A stretch of DNA of 64,000 nucleotides from Octopus sinensis. Lineage: Eukaryota. Below are positions 24,591 to 37,957 of the stretch, one piece after another. The stretch covers positions 202,926,001 through 202,990,000 of the forward strand of contig NC_042997.1 of the NCBI RefSeq assembly GCF_006345805.1. Reading direction: 5' to 3'. A program made the translations under genes and the position numbers. The stretch's first letter is position 1; the number at the start of each line of letters is the position of its first letter. The notes beneath the pieces were generated by a model. It worked only from the letters and a program-made list of their open reading frames with translations. It was not told where the DNA came from and did not search any database.

Positions 24591-25315
24591 ATTATTTTTT
24601 ATATCATAAATTTTAGTCCAATACAAGAATAATACCAAAAATTAAAAGTCCAGATTATAGTAAAATTGCCTAAAAGGTTCCACCAGTAGCTTTCTGTAAA
24701 GTATCTTCCATATAGGTATAGCTATTTAAATGCTGCATATGAAATTGCTGTATTGCTGGTGTATTTTATTATGATGTCCATAGTGCAATGAGTTGGTAGT
24801 GTACTTGGCTCACAGTCCTTGCTGATTGAAGTCTCATTATATGCACTCTTCTCTAGTATGAAAAAGAAAAAAAAGGAGGAGTGAGTAACTTCCTTTATAT
24901 CTAAAGCATGATATGCTGACTGTAGGTAGGTGCAAGCTAGTGTAGTAATATACAGGTGTTGGGCTTTGTCTGGTGAACTTGATTTCTTTCTAATTCATTT
25001 CATTGCCAACTGAGGGTCTTATAACATGCTTAACTGAACAGCTAGGTTATTGGTACTTATGTCGAATATTTTGTCAGTTATAAGCGTTAATCTGTTATAT
25101 CTGCGTTATTCCTTTACTTTTTCTTTGATTTGCATACGTTTAGTTCATTGTTCCAGTTCTCAAGTATTTGTGGTCTAATTCTCTTATCTTTGTCTCGTCT
25201 CTTTATTTATGTATGCTTTGTTTTCAGGTTTTCTCTAATTAAAGTGTCCTTGGCTTTTTTTTTCCTTACATGCATACGTGCACTGTGTTGTTGTTGCTGC
25301 TGCTGCTAAGGTGGT

Positions 25316-25935
25316 GGCAAGCTGGCAGAATTGTTAGCACATCGAGCAAAATGCTTAGCGGTATTTCGTCTGCCATTACGTTCTGAGTTCAAATTCCGCC
25401 GAGGTCGACTTTGCCTTTCATCCTTTCGGAGTCGATTATATAAGTACCATTTACGCACTGGGGTTGATGTAATCGACTTAATCTGTTTGTCTGTCCTTGT
25501 TTGTCCTCTCTGTGTTTAGCCCCTTGTGGGTAGTAAAGAAATAGATATTTTGTCTCTTCATGTTCTGATTTCAAATGCCACCAGGATCAACTTTGCCTTT
25601 CATCCTTTCAGTTGATAAATCAAGTACCAGTTATGCACTGGGGTCAGTGTAATTGACTGGGCCTTTCCCCCAAAATTTCAGGCCTTGTCTATAGTAGAAA
25701 GGATTATTATTATTATTAAGGAGGTGAGCTGGCAGAATTGTTAGCATATCATGCAAAATGCTTAGTGGCATTTTGCTCATCCTTACGTTTTGAGTTCAAA
25801 TTCCACTGAGGTCAACTTTATTTTTCATCCTTCTGGGGTTAATAAAATAGGTATTATTTGAGTACTGGGGTTGATGTAACTGACTAGCTCCCTCCCCCAA
25901 AGTTTCAGTCCTTGTGCCTATAGAAGAAATAATTA
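25316..25935 (+). mobile_element. Array of three SINE family B units
   Basis: Head plus young body ending aaagaaatag (25544), then an older headless body with the other tail and (ATT)n, then a third full copy from ~25718. Confidence 0.88.
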
Positions 25936-27664
25936 TTATTATTAATTGCATTTGGGTGCTAAAATAAAGCAATTAGTTTTTTTTTAAAGGATTTTTTCTT
26001 AATTTATAGTTTATTCTACTATACAGTTTCCTGTAAAAATATTCCCAACTACATGCATTAATTAAAATTGAAGACAATATTGTAAAATCGAATAATTTAC
26101 TAATGTGATTATATTTTCAACCTTATAATATACAATTAAGTAGGAAATAACATTTGGGTATATATGATATAATATAAACTAAAGGCTGATATTAAATTTT
26201 ATCTATTTATTGTAGAGGGCAGTTCATTTAATGTGGTATATCTATAAATTGAATTAATTACTGAAGTTACGCAAATATTGAGCATTAGGTATATATTGTT
26301 ATGAGCAAATTTTATACTAGTAAATAGATTAGTTATTTTTAGTGTTACTTCAAAATTAGGAGCAAATTCTCACGGTTGTTGTGACATCCTTTATTATGAC
26401 ACATTGTACTACTTGCATTAATCACCTTTGTGGAAAATGAACAATTCAGTTTATGACAAAATGAACAGACCATAAGCTACATGTTCTGATGTAACCAACC
26501 TGAAATCTGCTCCATGATTTTTCAGTGTCCTACAATAGGACCTATTGCTTTTAAAAACAGAATTTTGGCTATATTAATTGAAACATTTAAAGAACATTCA
26601 TATAGCTTGACTAGGAATCACAACTTAAAATGTTCTCTGAACTTGTAACTGGTAATTGTTAAAGTAGCTAAGTAGCTATTGAGTTTAAAAAAGAAATTTT
26701 AACAGCCTGATTGAAAGTTTGACTAAGATAGGACCAGGGTCATGTCAAAATGACAAAATGAGTCATAACTTATTCAAGTGAAGATTAAAAAAATAAAATA
26801 ATTATTAATGATAATAATAATCGTTTTAATGTCAACTTTTCCATGCTTGCATTGGTCTGTAAATTTTTATAAGCATAACGGCTTTTGTACCGAATGAATA
26901 CTAGATTTATGATGACAATGTTTACATTGATACATTTTAATGAAAATAATTTTAAATTTAAGAAACATTTAAATACAATTTTTATTGTTAAAAACTTAAA
27001 TCTTTTAATAAAAAATTGTACTACACACATTCACACACATCTATGTTTGTTTTTGTTTGTTTCCAATCAAACATGAAATTGAAGTTATAATAGAGCAACA
27101 TATTTTATTTTCCGAAGAAAATGGCTGACTGTGACTTTATAATTCCAGTCATGTAGTTTTCATCATCTCTTCTCTAATATTTATTGCTGTACACCATCTC
27201 TTTCTTTTCTTTTAATCTACTTTTAGTTTTTGTTTCGAAAGCTCTAATTCATTAAAAAAAATTTTTTAATTTTAAAAAACCTCCAAAAACATATCTGTCA
27301 GTCTGAACACTTTCCACTTTCCACACTGAAATTTTGTTTATCACCTGAATGATCCCAGTTTTCATCTTAATACAAAATATTGGTATGGTCTCTTATTTTT
27401 GGTTTGATAAACTGCCACCTTTCTGAAAAAGAGTAGCTTCCATGTGCAGTTCCCTGCTATTTCCTTTCATGTCCCCTTACATTGTGTAGTCTCTTTATAG
27501 GATTTTCAATTCTTTTATTCTACCCTTTTGGCCATTACTACTGGACATTCTTTACTTTAACTATAGATCTAGATTATGACATACAAAAAAAAAAAGTCCA
27601 GTTTCTTTGTTATTCAGTCACTATCTTTATATATACATTTACTTGTACTGTTTGGAATTTAGTT

Positions 27665-27956
27665 GCCATGTCAAAGTACCCATGTGGTGCCACATAAAAG
27701 CACTTGTGCAGTGCCATCTAAAAGAGCCTTTGTGACACCATGTAAAAGCGCCCATGCGGTGCCACTTAAAAACACCCATGTGATGCCACATAGAAGCACC
27801 CAGCACACTTTGTAAAGTAGTTGGCATTAGGAAGGGTATCCAGCTGTAGAAACCATGCCAAATCAGACTGGTGTCTGGTGCAGCTTGCCAGCACTGGTCA
27901 AACTGTCCCAACCCTTGCCAGCATGGACCATGGACGTTAAAATGATGGTGATGATG
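27665..27956 (+). mobile_element. RTE-type 3' UTR with five ~24-bp tandem units
   Basis: Units like gtgccacataaaagcacttgtgca / gtgccacttaaaaacacccatgtga, then gttggcattaggaagggtatccagctgtagaaacc...gacgttaaaatgatggtgatg. Confidence 0.85.
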
Positions 27957-29402
27957 TTTTTCAATTTACAAATATTTTCCCCCCTGGCTGAGGTTTTTTT
28001 CTTAGCCTGGACCATTGTTTCCTTACCGTTATTTGCTAAAAACCCTAAACACCAAGATACTACATCTCAAGTTTTATACCTTTATTTATACCTTCAATTA
28101 AGGTTGTAATTAAATTTAAAATTAAACTATTGTTCATCACCCTCTTAATAGCTCTTAATATTCCCTTAGGAGGATATGAACTGACCTAAACTCAATGTTA
28201 ATCAGTTTTGGGTGGTACAGTCTTATCATCACAGTACGGTTGTTTAACTCCAGATCAACTCTAATTGAATGGATATTTGATCAAAGCATTTCAGCCATAA
28301 ACCCCTCTCTTAAGGGCATCTAGGACTAAATTGTCTGAGATACATATTTTTTTTTTAAGGCAGCTTGATGTACTACGAAGGAGATTAGGCTGTTATTTTA
28401 AGCTAATTAAGTAATTACACACATTTTCTCACTCATCTGTTTGTCACTGTACAATTATTTGAAACAGAAGTTTTGGAGTTACATTGAAAGAGAAGATTTT
28501 AAAGTAACTGCAAGTTAATGAATAAAGATGTAGTGGCTGTGACAAAATCAAAACGACACAGACACTCCTAGCAGTCTGTGAAGATAAATGGGTTATTTTT
28601 GTAGATATGTGATTGAACTGAGGAAACATCATAATTAAAACAGTTTAAGATAGATTCTAGGGTAGAAGCATTGTATATTTTTTATTGACCTGTTGACATT
28701 TCAAGTATAAACTATTCTTGTAAATGTATTGAATATTCAAATAGAAAACTATTTACAAAACTCCCTCATGTCCATGAGGAATGCATGGATGTACATAGAT
28801 GATGATGTATGACCTTGTGCTTAGGGTGTTGTAATTAGGAGCAACTGATCTAATCTCAATGTTAATCAATTTTGGGAGGTGCAGTGCTACCATCACTGCA
28901 CAATCACAAGATCATGGTTTTGATTCCCAGATTGAGTAGTGTTCTTGAGCAAAGCCCCTCATTTCAAATTGCTCTCTGATTACTTTGACATTTGATGTGT
29001 GACACACTGTACAGCAGTTTAGGCAATGTCAATTTGATGGAGAAACCTGTCTGTTGTTTATGACAGGGGAGTCCACCATATAAATGATATATGGGGTAGG
29101 TGAACTAGTGTTAAGCAAGGAAAGTATTGAATATTAATATCTTATTGTTCTATAGAATTAGATAGAGCTCAACTGACCTTGGAACAAATTTTATACATGA
29201 TCATTTCTTGTTCTATTCATTTGTTTTAATTACAATGTAAACTTACAAAAGGATGTATTATAATAAATTACACAAGTGATATTTTTTATAATTACATGAT
29301 TGATCACATGGGTAATATTTCAATAGATTGTTTATGGTGCATCAACTATTAGGAACACAGTATTATATTAATATAATGTCTATGACATTTTATATATATG
29401 AT

Positions 29403-29700
29403 TTCACCTGTCAAGCCAAGTGAAATCATAGTCATGGCTGATGCTGGTGTCACATAACTGGCACCAATGCCGATGACATGTAAAGGGCACCTTTCAAGCA
29501 TTGGGTCTCACAGAGGCAAAATGGCTGAGTTCCTTTTGAGTGTTGGGCCTCATTGAGGCAAAGTGGCTGACGGAGACAAAGTCGCTGAGTTCCTTTTGAA
29601 TGTTAAGTTATGCTTGAAAAGAAGACCCTTCAAGCCGAGCAAAACTACAGTTGGGGCAGAAACTGGTGTCCCGCAAATGGCATCCATGCTGGTGGCATGA
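29403..29700 (+). mobile_element. RTE ORF-end/3' UTR modules, rearranged
   Basis: caagccaagtgaaatcatag...catgtaaagggcacctttcaagcattgggtctcacagaggcaa, with reiterated gctgagttccttttgag segments. Confidence 0.7.
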
Positions 29701-30057
29701 TGATAGATACAAATGGTGCAGGATGAGTGCACATACTCAGCTTGGTGGTAGATAATGAGTAAAGGATTGCTACACATAGTGAAAGAAAGACCTATAGAGA
29801 CAGGAGGAGAGGGAGTGAGTGACAGAGTAGTTATGAGAGGAATTATACTAAATAAGAAATTGGGTTTACTTAATTTTATTGTTAGGTAATCTTTTAAAAA
29901 TAAGAATTCATATCCTCATTTTATAATAGGGTAAAAGAATTTGACAAAAGTTAATTTATAAATATTGTATGTCTGCCATATTTCCTGATATTACCCATGA
30001 TGGTGAATGTATACTTCAAAGTCACCTGTCATGTTTAGAAATATTTGTAGTTAGCTC

Positions 30058-30739
30058 AGAAACGTTAGATGTGGTGTGCAAGAGAGATGACTGAGCTGGT
30101 ATGGTCATGTGTTGCATATGGATGAGGACAGCTGTGTGAAAGTGTCACACCCTAACAGTGAAGGGAACCTTGGAAGAGGTAGACACAGGAAGGTGGTGCA
30201 GCATGACCTTCATACATTGGGCCTCATGGAGGCAATGACAAGTGACCAAGACCTTTGGAGATATACCGTGCTTCAGAAGACCTAGCAGACTAAGACCATA
30301 GCCTATGCTAGTGTAGCATAACCGGCCCATTCATTGGGCTATAAACTGTTTGAGAAGACCTGTTGAGTCAAGTGAAATCATTGTCGTTGCCAATGCCAGT
30401 GCTGCCTGACTGGCACTCATGCCGGTGGCACCTAAAAAGCACCATTTGAGTGTGGTCTTTGCCAGTGCCACCTGACTAGTTCCCATGCCAATGGTATGTA
30501 AAAAGCACCATTCGAGCATAGCCATTACCAGTGCTACCTGGCTGGCCCTTGTGCTAGTGGCATGTAAAAAGCACCCACTGCATTCTCAAAGTGGTTGGCA
30601 TTAAGAAGGGCAACCAGCTGTAGAAATCTTGCCAAATCAGATTGGAGCCAGGTGCAACATCCCAGCTTGCCAGTCCTCAGTCAAACCGTCCAACCCATGC
30701 CAGCATGGAAAGCGGACGTTAAACGATGATGATGATGAT
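30058..30739 (+). mobile_element. 5'-truncated RTE LINE 3' end
   Basis: Decayed RCGVQER*LSWYGHVLHMDEDSCV..., three ~63-bp UTR repeats, tail ggaaagcggacgttaaacgatgatgatgatg. Confidence 0.9.
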
Positions 30740-32297
30740 CTCTTAGTTTATACTCCAGAGTGGTTGGTTGGTTAGCTGTTTCACTGGTTTACTACATTGT
30801 TGTTTCACATTTTATACTTCATCTATAAAACAATTTGTAGTTTTGAAGTGATTTTTCTTTTAGATGTTAGGATTTTTGTTTTTCATGTAATCTGAGATTG
30901 TATGATAACAGTTGAAGGTGATTACACCTGATTCAAAGCATACTAAGTCCCAACACAAAATGTGTTTTGCTAATCTTAGTATTGAGAAATCTATTGTTTT
31001 GAGATCCTATAATCAGCCCCCTTTCTTATGACTAAGTTCTCTGATAGTTGACCTCCTGTTTTGATATATTTTGACATTTCCCTTTTAAAATCAAATCATT
31101 AAATTGACATCTCTTTACATTACTTTTGACTGGTACTTTATCAATGCTTGGGGGGATGAAAAACATGATACTGAAGTCAATTTTGACTTCAGTATGACTC
31201 TTCTGGGGTCAAAGTACCAGTCAAATACTGGGGTCAGTGATATTAACTAATCTCCTCCCCTCAAGGCTGTCTAAATCAGAAACTATTATTTTGAAGAGTG
31301 ACATTCTTTGCATTAATGAAAAATATCTTATTGAAAATTATTCAAATTAATTTTGCTGGATGCATTTGAAATACGAACATTTCTCAAAGATATTTCATAA
31401 CTTTGATTTTATTTCTATTTCACCCTGTTTCTTTCTCTTATCTGTCAGATTATCTTAAGTTTTTGAAAATTGCCAAAAGTTAAAATGTTCTCTTTAAAAC
31501 AGTACCAACTTAAAACTTAGATAAAGTTCTGGGTGTTATTTAGTTGCAAAACCTGCTTCCAGAAGAATTTTGAATTGATTTTAGACTTGTTGGTAATAAT
31601 TCTAATGATGTCTGAAATTCTACCATAAACGTAGCGTCTAAAAGACACTAGAATTTCCTTTTTGATAGTGAGAGACTACTGTAAAACATTTGTTCATGCT
31701 TTAGTTGGAAAGTGTCATATGATGGATAAATGCCAATGATGATGAGTTTCATTGTCAGCTACATCAATATCAATGTTATAATTTGTTTTTGGTATTGACA
31801 CTCTTGGCTATATTATTGAAATATAAATGTGCCTGGCTGCAATGTCCTATGTAGCTGTATAGGCTCTGAAAATCTCTTAGGTTTCTAATTTCTCCTTATG
31901 GAATATCATCAATTTACATTTATTTTATTTAAAAGTCAGTAATTATGTGTTGTCTGTGAAGAAGCATAAATCTCATATTGTGACTTTTGAACTGGGTTTG
32001 AGTTTCTTGTTTGAATCAGAAAGTCGTAGTTCCTGACAAATATATTTTAAGATATTCATTTGTTCATAACAAAGAATTTTTCAAAGTTGCTTTTCAAATT
32101 CCGTTAAATATTTTCATTTTCAATTCCATTATATATTTTATTGTAACTTCACCTTCAGGTAGAAGACAGTTGCCCAAGGTATCACGCAATGAGATCCAAC
32201 CTGATTTTGTGTAGTGTCAAAACAATCTTTCTAGTCAGACAGCTGTGTTTGTATCAAGAATCCTCACTGGTGTCTCAAAATATTGAAGATAGGAAGA

Positions 32298-32514
32298 TAG
32301 CATTCAGATAACTTCATCAAATCTAATGTTTATTTATTCATATTGTTTTCAATTAATCACACATTATCTCATAGCTTCAAGATTTCAATGATGTGTTTGT
32401 ATACTTTTAGAATGATATTGTAGGGTAGGTAAGAGAGGCCAAATTTGGCATTTTGAACATGAATAGGTAGAAAATTTAAGCCAGATATGGTCAGTTTAAA
32501 TGTTAAAGGGTTAA
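32298..32514 (-). mobile_element. TTAA-flanked piggyBac-like MITE
   Basis: Ends aaatgttaaaggg|ttaa; reverse complement of the copy at 57240-57459. Confidence 0.7.
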
Positions 32515-34508
32515 TTAGTAATTACTAAGCAAAATAACAGAATTTTGCTGTTGTTGTTGTCATTCCAAATACAACTATAGCAAGTTATTTTGATATTAAA
32601 CCTGCAGACCCTCTCTGTTTACAGAATGGACATGCTGTTTAAAAATAACAAAGACACTCAGTTACATGAAAAGTAAAATACAATAGAAATATGTTCTCAT
32701 ACATAGTTACATAGCAACATAATTTCTTTCAGACATAAGTTGGAAGAAAATACATTCAAATACTGACCAACAAATGAAGAGAAAAATTTCCTTAGGTTTA
32801 TTTTTATATTGACATTTTGGTTTATATTTGGATAAAAAAGTTTTCCAGCTATGTATTGAATAGATAAAGGTGTACAATTTTATGCAATCTAACCTTGTCC
32901 ATTGCTGCAATATCTAACCTCCTACTTCATTGTGATGTTAAAAACCCAAAGAATCCTTGTTTTTAGAATGCATTATTCTGTCAGGCAACAGATATTTGTA
33001 TTACGAACAACCCATTATGAACAAGTTACACAACTTTAAAATGCCCCCTAAGCCAGTTTTATATATTTGCTCATCTTTAAGTGCTATACCTTTATGCTTT
33101 TTCATTCAATTTCTATATAATGCAAATTTTTTTCTGTATGGAACTTTATTTGTTCTGAAATCTTTTTATTAGGTCAGCTGCTGCAAAACTCAATGTTTCA
33201 GTCGCAAATCTTTGGTGTGATTTTGTCATCCATAACCATGATTTTACTACATCAACAGACTTTGTCATCAATGTTTTTACATATCTATTACAAATGTTTC
33301 ATTGGGATGGTTACTCTATTTTTATACACTCCCCCAAAAGATTACTAAAATTTTTTTTAATCATCATTGTATGTTTGCTTTCTATGGTGGCACGGGTAGG
33401 GCAGTTCAACAGGGAACCAGTAAGCTGCAAGGCTGCATTGAGCCCTAATATAATCTTTGGCATGGTTTCTACAGCTGGATACCCTTCTTAAAATTCCAAC
33501 TTGAGTTTTCACTGATAAAATCCATCTCTAATCTGTTTATAAAGATGTTGAATATGCTTGTTATTTAAGACAGTTGTGCAACAACTACAGTTTAGTATAC
33601 AATTGTATTGTTATTCTGCAGTCATTGTGGAGACTGCAACACTATACTTTTGTCTCTAGTCTGTTATAGGCTAGGAATCATTTACCAAATATGTACTGTT
33701 ATTCAATATAAGAGTTGTTAAAGTGTTTCTTTCTTCACCCCCCCTCTCTCTCTTTTGGTCTTTGACATATAATTCTTCTCTCAACTGAATGTTACCTATG
33801 TTTGTTACACCATTGTGTACATGTTCATATTGTAGCTCAAATGTGAATTTTCCACAGTTGCATCATATTTTTATTATAGTAATCATTGAAGAGCAGTTCT
33901 TGCTGGATAGAACATTTTAATTTATTTCATTTACATTAAGCTACATTATATATAATGTACAAATTAAAGTAACAAAATTGTATTAATTGCTTCAGTTTTT
34001 TTCTACACCACTTCAAAATACAATTTTCAATTTTCTTTTAAATTGGAAATCATTGCAAATTCTTGAAATCTCTTTTAGCCATACCATATAAACGTATGGA
34101 AACAAAATACTTTACTATATGAAATACCTATTGAAATAACTATTTTCTTATCTGGAAGAGAAAATGGATATATTACAATAAGATTTTAAAATAAATGTAG
34201 GAAAGTAATGGATTAATAAAAATATGAGTTTTTATTAATGCCTAAAACTTCAGTAAATGGTAGGATAAAAGACTATTTTTATTATAGTTGAGCCAGACCT
34301 CAAATGTTAATATTTCTTTTAGTTTTTTTCTTATAAATAAAATCATCTTTACATCATTAAAAAAATGATGAAAGCAGGAAAATATATTTTTAACTTTTGC
34401 AAAGAATATGTAGCTTTCAATTTAAGTATAGGATGTTGTTTGTTTCCAGTTAGAGTTTATGTATATAGCTAAACAAATCTCAGTTTCACTATTGATCTTT
34501 ATTCACAG

Positions 34509-34580
34509 CTCGAGACAAAGGACAGATAAGCAGAATTAAAAAGCTGAAGAGAAGAATATCTGCAAGTTTTGGACGCTTGA
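34509..34580 (+). CDS. CDK14: Internal coding exon (72 nt, phase 1-1) of PFTAIRE-type cyclin-dependent kinase CDK14/Eip63E, N-terminal region: xRDKGQISRIKKLKRRISASFGRL
   Basis: Acceptor tctttattcacag|CT and canonical donor TTGA|gtaagt; open frame. The peptide KKLKRRISASFGRL resembles the CDK14 N-terminus as I recall it (human KIGKMKKLRRTLSESFSRI; insect SRMQKLKKRLSHSFGRL). Splices in frame to the 45125 exon. Not in the ORF track because it is short. Confidence 0.85.
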
Positions 34581-34749
34581 GTAAGTATTGTTTCTATTGT
34601 CAAACAATATCACAATGTAAATACATTTTCTTGTACAATGAAACTAGATAATCTTACTTCTAACATTTCAACATTCTGAGGGAAGTTTCTGTGTGCTAGA
34701 GTTATCTTACATGTTCATCTCTCCTCTTTCATCATGGTAGTTTGAAGGA

Positions 34750-35101
34750 AAAAAAAAAAGTAATAACTGAATCAACTCCATGCACTTTGTAAATGGAACA
34801 AATGGTAGATTCATTGACGCCAAACTTGCAGCCCACAGCAGCGAAGCTTAAATCTCTACCTTTTTCTGTAGAGAATACATTTGTCTGGCACTTGGGTATT
34901 TTTTTCTGTTCACTAACCCCATGTTGATGGTTTCGAGTACATAGACCATGGATATTCATTGCGTTCTGGGTAGCTGAGCATTGTTGGTGGTTACTGGGGC
35001 ATGTTTTTGTGATAAAAACAGAATCTTTGACTGATCACTAACCTGTGGTATCACAGATCAATCTGTGATAAGTGTAACCTGGTTCACAATCGAGCATACT
35101 G
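34750..35101 (-). mobile_element. Tigger/pogo 5' fragment (TIR-like end and HTH remnant)
   Basis: Minus-strand peptide SFAAVGCKFGVNESTICSIYK (Tigger-type HTH); terminal cagtatgctcg end at 35101. Starts ~170 bp downstream of the 72-nt exon. Confidence 0.55.
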
Positions 35102-35199
35102 TTTTATTTTGGATCATGATTAATAAATTGGTTACATGTTCTATAGTGGTAAGTTCCCAGAAAGCTGTGTTTGTGATATGTTTTCAATCTCTGGTTCTG

Positions 35200-36322
35200 A
35201 TCATCATCATGATCATTGTTGTTTAACGTCTACTTTCCATGCTGGCAAAGATTGGATGGTTTGACTGAGAACTGGTATGCCGGGAGGCTGCACAAGACTC
35301 CAATCTGATTTAGCAAGGTTTCTACAGCTTGATGCCCTCCCGCCCTAACACCAACCACTCCGAGAGTGTAGTAGGTGCTTTTTACATGCCACCAGCACTG
35401 GTATTGGCCATGCTCAAATGGTACTTTTTAACGTAACACCAGCACAGGTACCTGCCACGCTTGAACTGTACTTTTTACTTACCATTGGCATGGGTGCCAG
35501 TCACATGGCACTGGAATTGGCCATACTCAGATGGTGCTTGTTTACATGCCACCAGCACAAGTGCCAGTCAGGTGACACTGGCATTGGCCACGCTCAAATG
35601 GTACTTTTTACATGCCACCAGCATGGGTGCCAGTCAGGCCATGACTACAATCTCACTCAGTTCAACAGGTCTTCACAAGCACAGCACATCATCTGACGAT
35701 TGAAGGGTGCTTTTAAACGAGCCAGTCAAGCGACACTTGATTCAGCCGATCTCACTTGGCTTGCTGGGTCTTATCAGGCACAGCATATCTTGGTCGCTTG
35801 TCATTGCCTCTGTGAGGCCCAACGTTCAAAGGTCGTGCTTCACCACCTCATCCCATGTCTTCCTAATTCTACCTCTTCCACAGGTTCCCTCCACTGTTAG
35901 GGTGTGACACTTCTTCACACAGCTGCCCTCATCCATAAGCATTAAATGACCATACTAGCACAGTCGTCTCTCTTGCATACCACATCTGATGCTTCTTATG
36001 TCCAACTGTTCTCTCAGGATGCTTACATACACTCTGTCATACATGCATACTGACATTACACATCTAGCAGAGCATACTAGCTTCATTTCTTTCAAGCCTA
36101 TGCATGTCCTCAGCAGTCACAGCCCATGTTTTACTGCCGTGTAACATGGCTGTTCGCACACAGGCATCATAGAGTCTACCTTTCACTTTGCACGAAAGGC
36201 AGCAGAATTAGGAACTCTCTGAACTTTGCCCGGCCTATTCTTATTCTAACAGCTATGCTCTCAGAGCATCCACCCCTGCTGCTGACTTGGTCACCTAGGT
36301 AATAGAAGTAATCAACTACTAG
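35200..36322 (-). mobile_element. 5'-truncated RTE LINE, RT C-terminal region to tail
   Basis: VVDYFYYLGDQVSS.GGCSESIAVRIRIG.AKFRE...KGRLYDACVRTAMLHGSKTWAVTAEDMHRLERNE...GRGRIRKTWDEVVKHDL; multiple UTR repeats; (GAT)n tail. Confidence 0.92.
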
Positions 36323-37957
36323 TTTTTCCGCCTGGTATTCTACATATCTTATTATATTGTGTTGATGGTTGACAACTCTTTCAAAAATTATTGGGATGAT
36401 CTTGTATAAAACTGAAGTCTCTTCTATTGGACATTAAAAAGAAATACTTTTGCTACTGGATAACTGATTGGCCTCTATTTTGCCACTTTTAAAATATGAA
36501 GTAGTCGTGTATTATATATTAAGATCTGTATTAATTAAGACATTACTAACTTTTAATCTATCCATTAGCATAACATCAGTGTGTATGCATTCACATAAAA
36601 TTATGTCATTAACAGTTATGCAATTTACATAAATGTTTTCCATATTAATTAGCTTAGTTTTGCTCAACCTCTTTTAGAAATATTTGGGTTGTTCATAGTC
36701 AGCGTATCAACATTATTCAGGATAACTTAACAAAAAAATTTATTTAGCATTAAGTTGCTTATGTTGTAAGACCATATAAGGCTTTCCTGTTACTTGTATT
36801 TTCAGCACTTACATATTTAAAGCAACAAAGCATTTTTTTTTTTTTTTTTCCTTTTGCTTTAATTTTTAAATGGTCTATTAAAAAATAACTTACGAAAATT
36901 AGGTGAGCAAAAGCAAAAATACTAATTAATGGAAATTTAATAGTACTGTACTGTGAGGTTCCATACTTCAGCAACTACACACCTGTTCTCTATGCATCAC
37001 TGATGACATTAACCTGCATCTGAAATAGATTAACAAGACCTAGTTGATTCAGAGACGGCCTTTATTTACTTTTGTACTGTGTACATCCTGAACAAATTAA
37101 TGATTAGACAGCTTCTGTAGCCAACACTATATACTTAATACCCTAGATACTTTGTTTTATTGCTTATCTATTTTATCTGTGCTATCTACTCTATCTCTGT
37201 AATTAACTCTTCAGCACTATCAAGGCAAATTGCAACGTATTTGTTACACAAATGGAAACAGCTGAAATAGAATTTTATTCCCTAAAACTACAATATATTT
37301 TTCCATATTTTTCGTAAATTTCAGAAATGGTCCTTCAATAAAAGACTAAAATCTTTCTTAGTTGTTTCCTTGCATATTTGATTATTTATAATTGACTGGA
37401 TTATAATCAATAGCTTTATATTACTAAACCTATGTAAGACAAGATATGTCTGTTTTAATGGTACCCTCACTTAATATAGAAACAAAGAGCTAACCTCCAT
37501 GTAGTTGCTTGATTTGCTAGAAATAGTAAACAAATTACCCCCAAATCATATCCTACCTATATTAAGGAGAAGATACATTAGATGATGTTCTAGATAACCC
37601 TAAAATGATTAGATGGCCACTGTTAGAATGTCTTTGATTATAAATCTCTTCAGTCAATGTTTAGGTTGGTTAAATAACAACGGGAATATTTAACATCATC
37701 ATCATCACTTAACATCCATGTTCTGTGTTGGCATGGGTTGCACTACTAGTATAGGTTAAACAAAATACATTACTTACTATAGATTGATAATTCTTGGGGC
37801 CAGAAGAGATTTTTGGATTTGGGATTTCTTTTGAATTTTGACTGATTGTATATTCCCATCTGCAAAATGTTCTAGGCAGTGTTTATTTCTCATTTACTTC
37901 TGTCCATCTTTTCCAGCTTAGAACTTTGAACAGTTTTTTTTTTAAATTTTTTTTTTA

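Noticed and set aside
24700-25200. Possible GIY-YIG endonuclease remnant on the minus strand
   Set aside because: No recognisable catalytic motif in any frame by eye.
30400-30575. CRISPR-like look of the recurring hairpin core with intervening sequence
   Set aside because: The intervening segments are similar to each other (whole-unit tandem repeat), the array lies in an RTE 3' UTR, the context is eukaryotic and there are no cas genes.
32626-32672. ATG-containing candidate start exon (MDMLFKNNKDTQLHE) 1.9 kb upstream of the 72-nt exon
   Set aside because: The available GT donors give phase 2, incompatible with the phase-1 acceptor at 34509.
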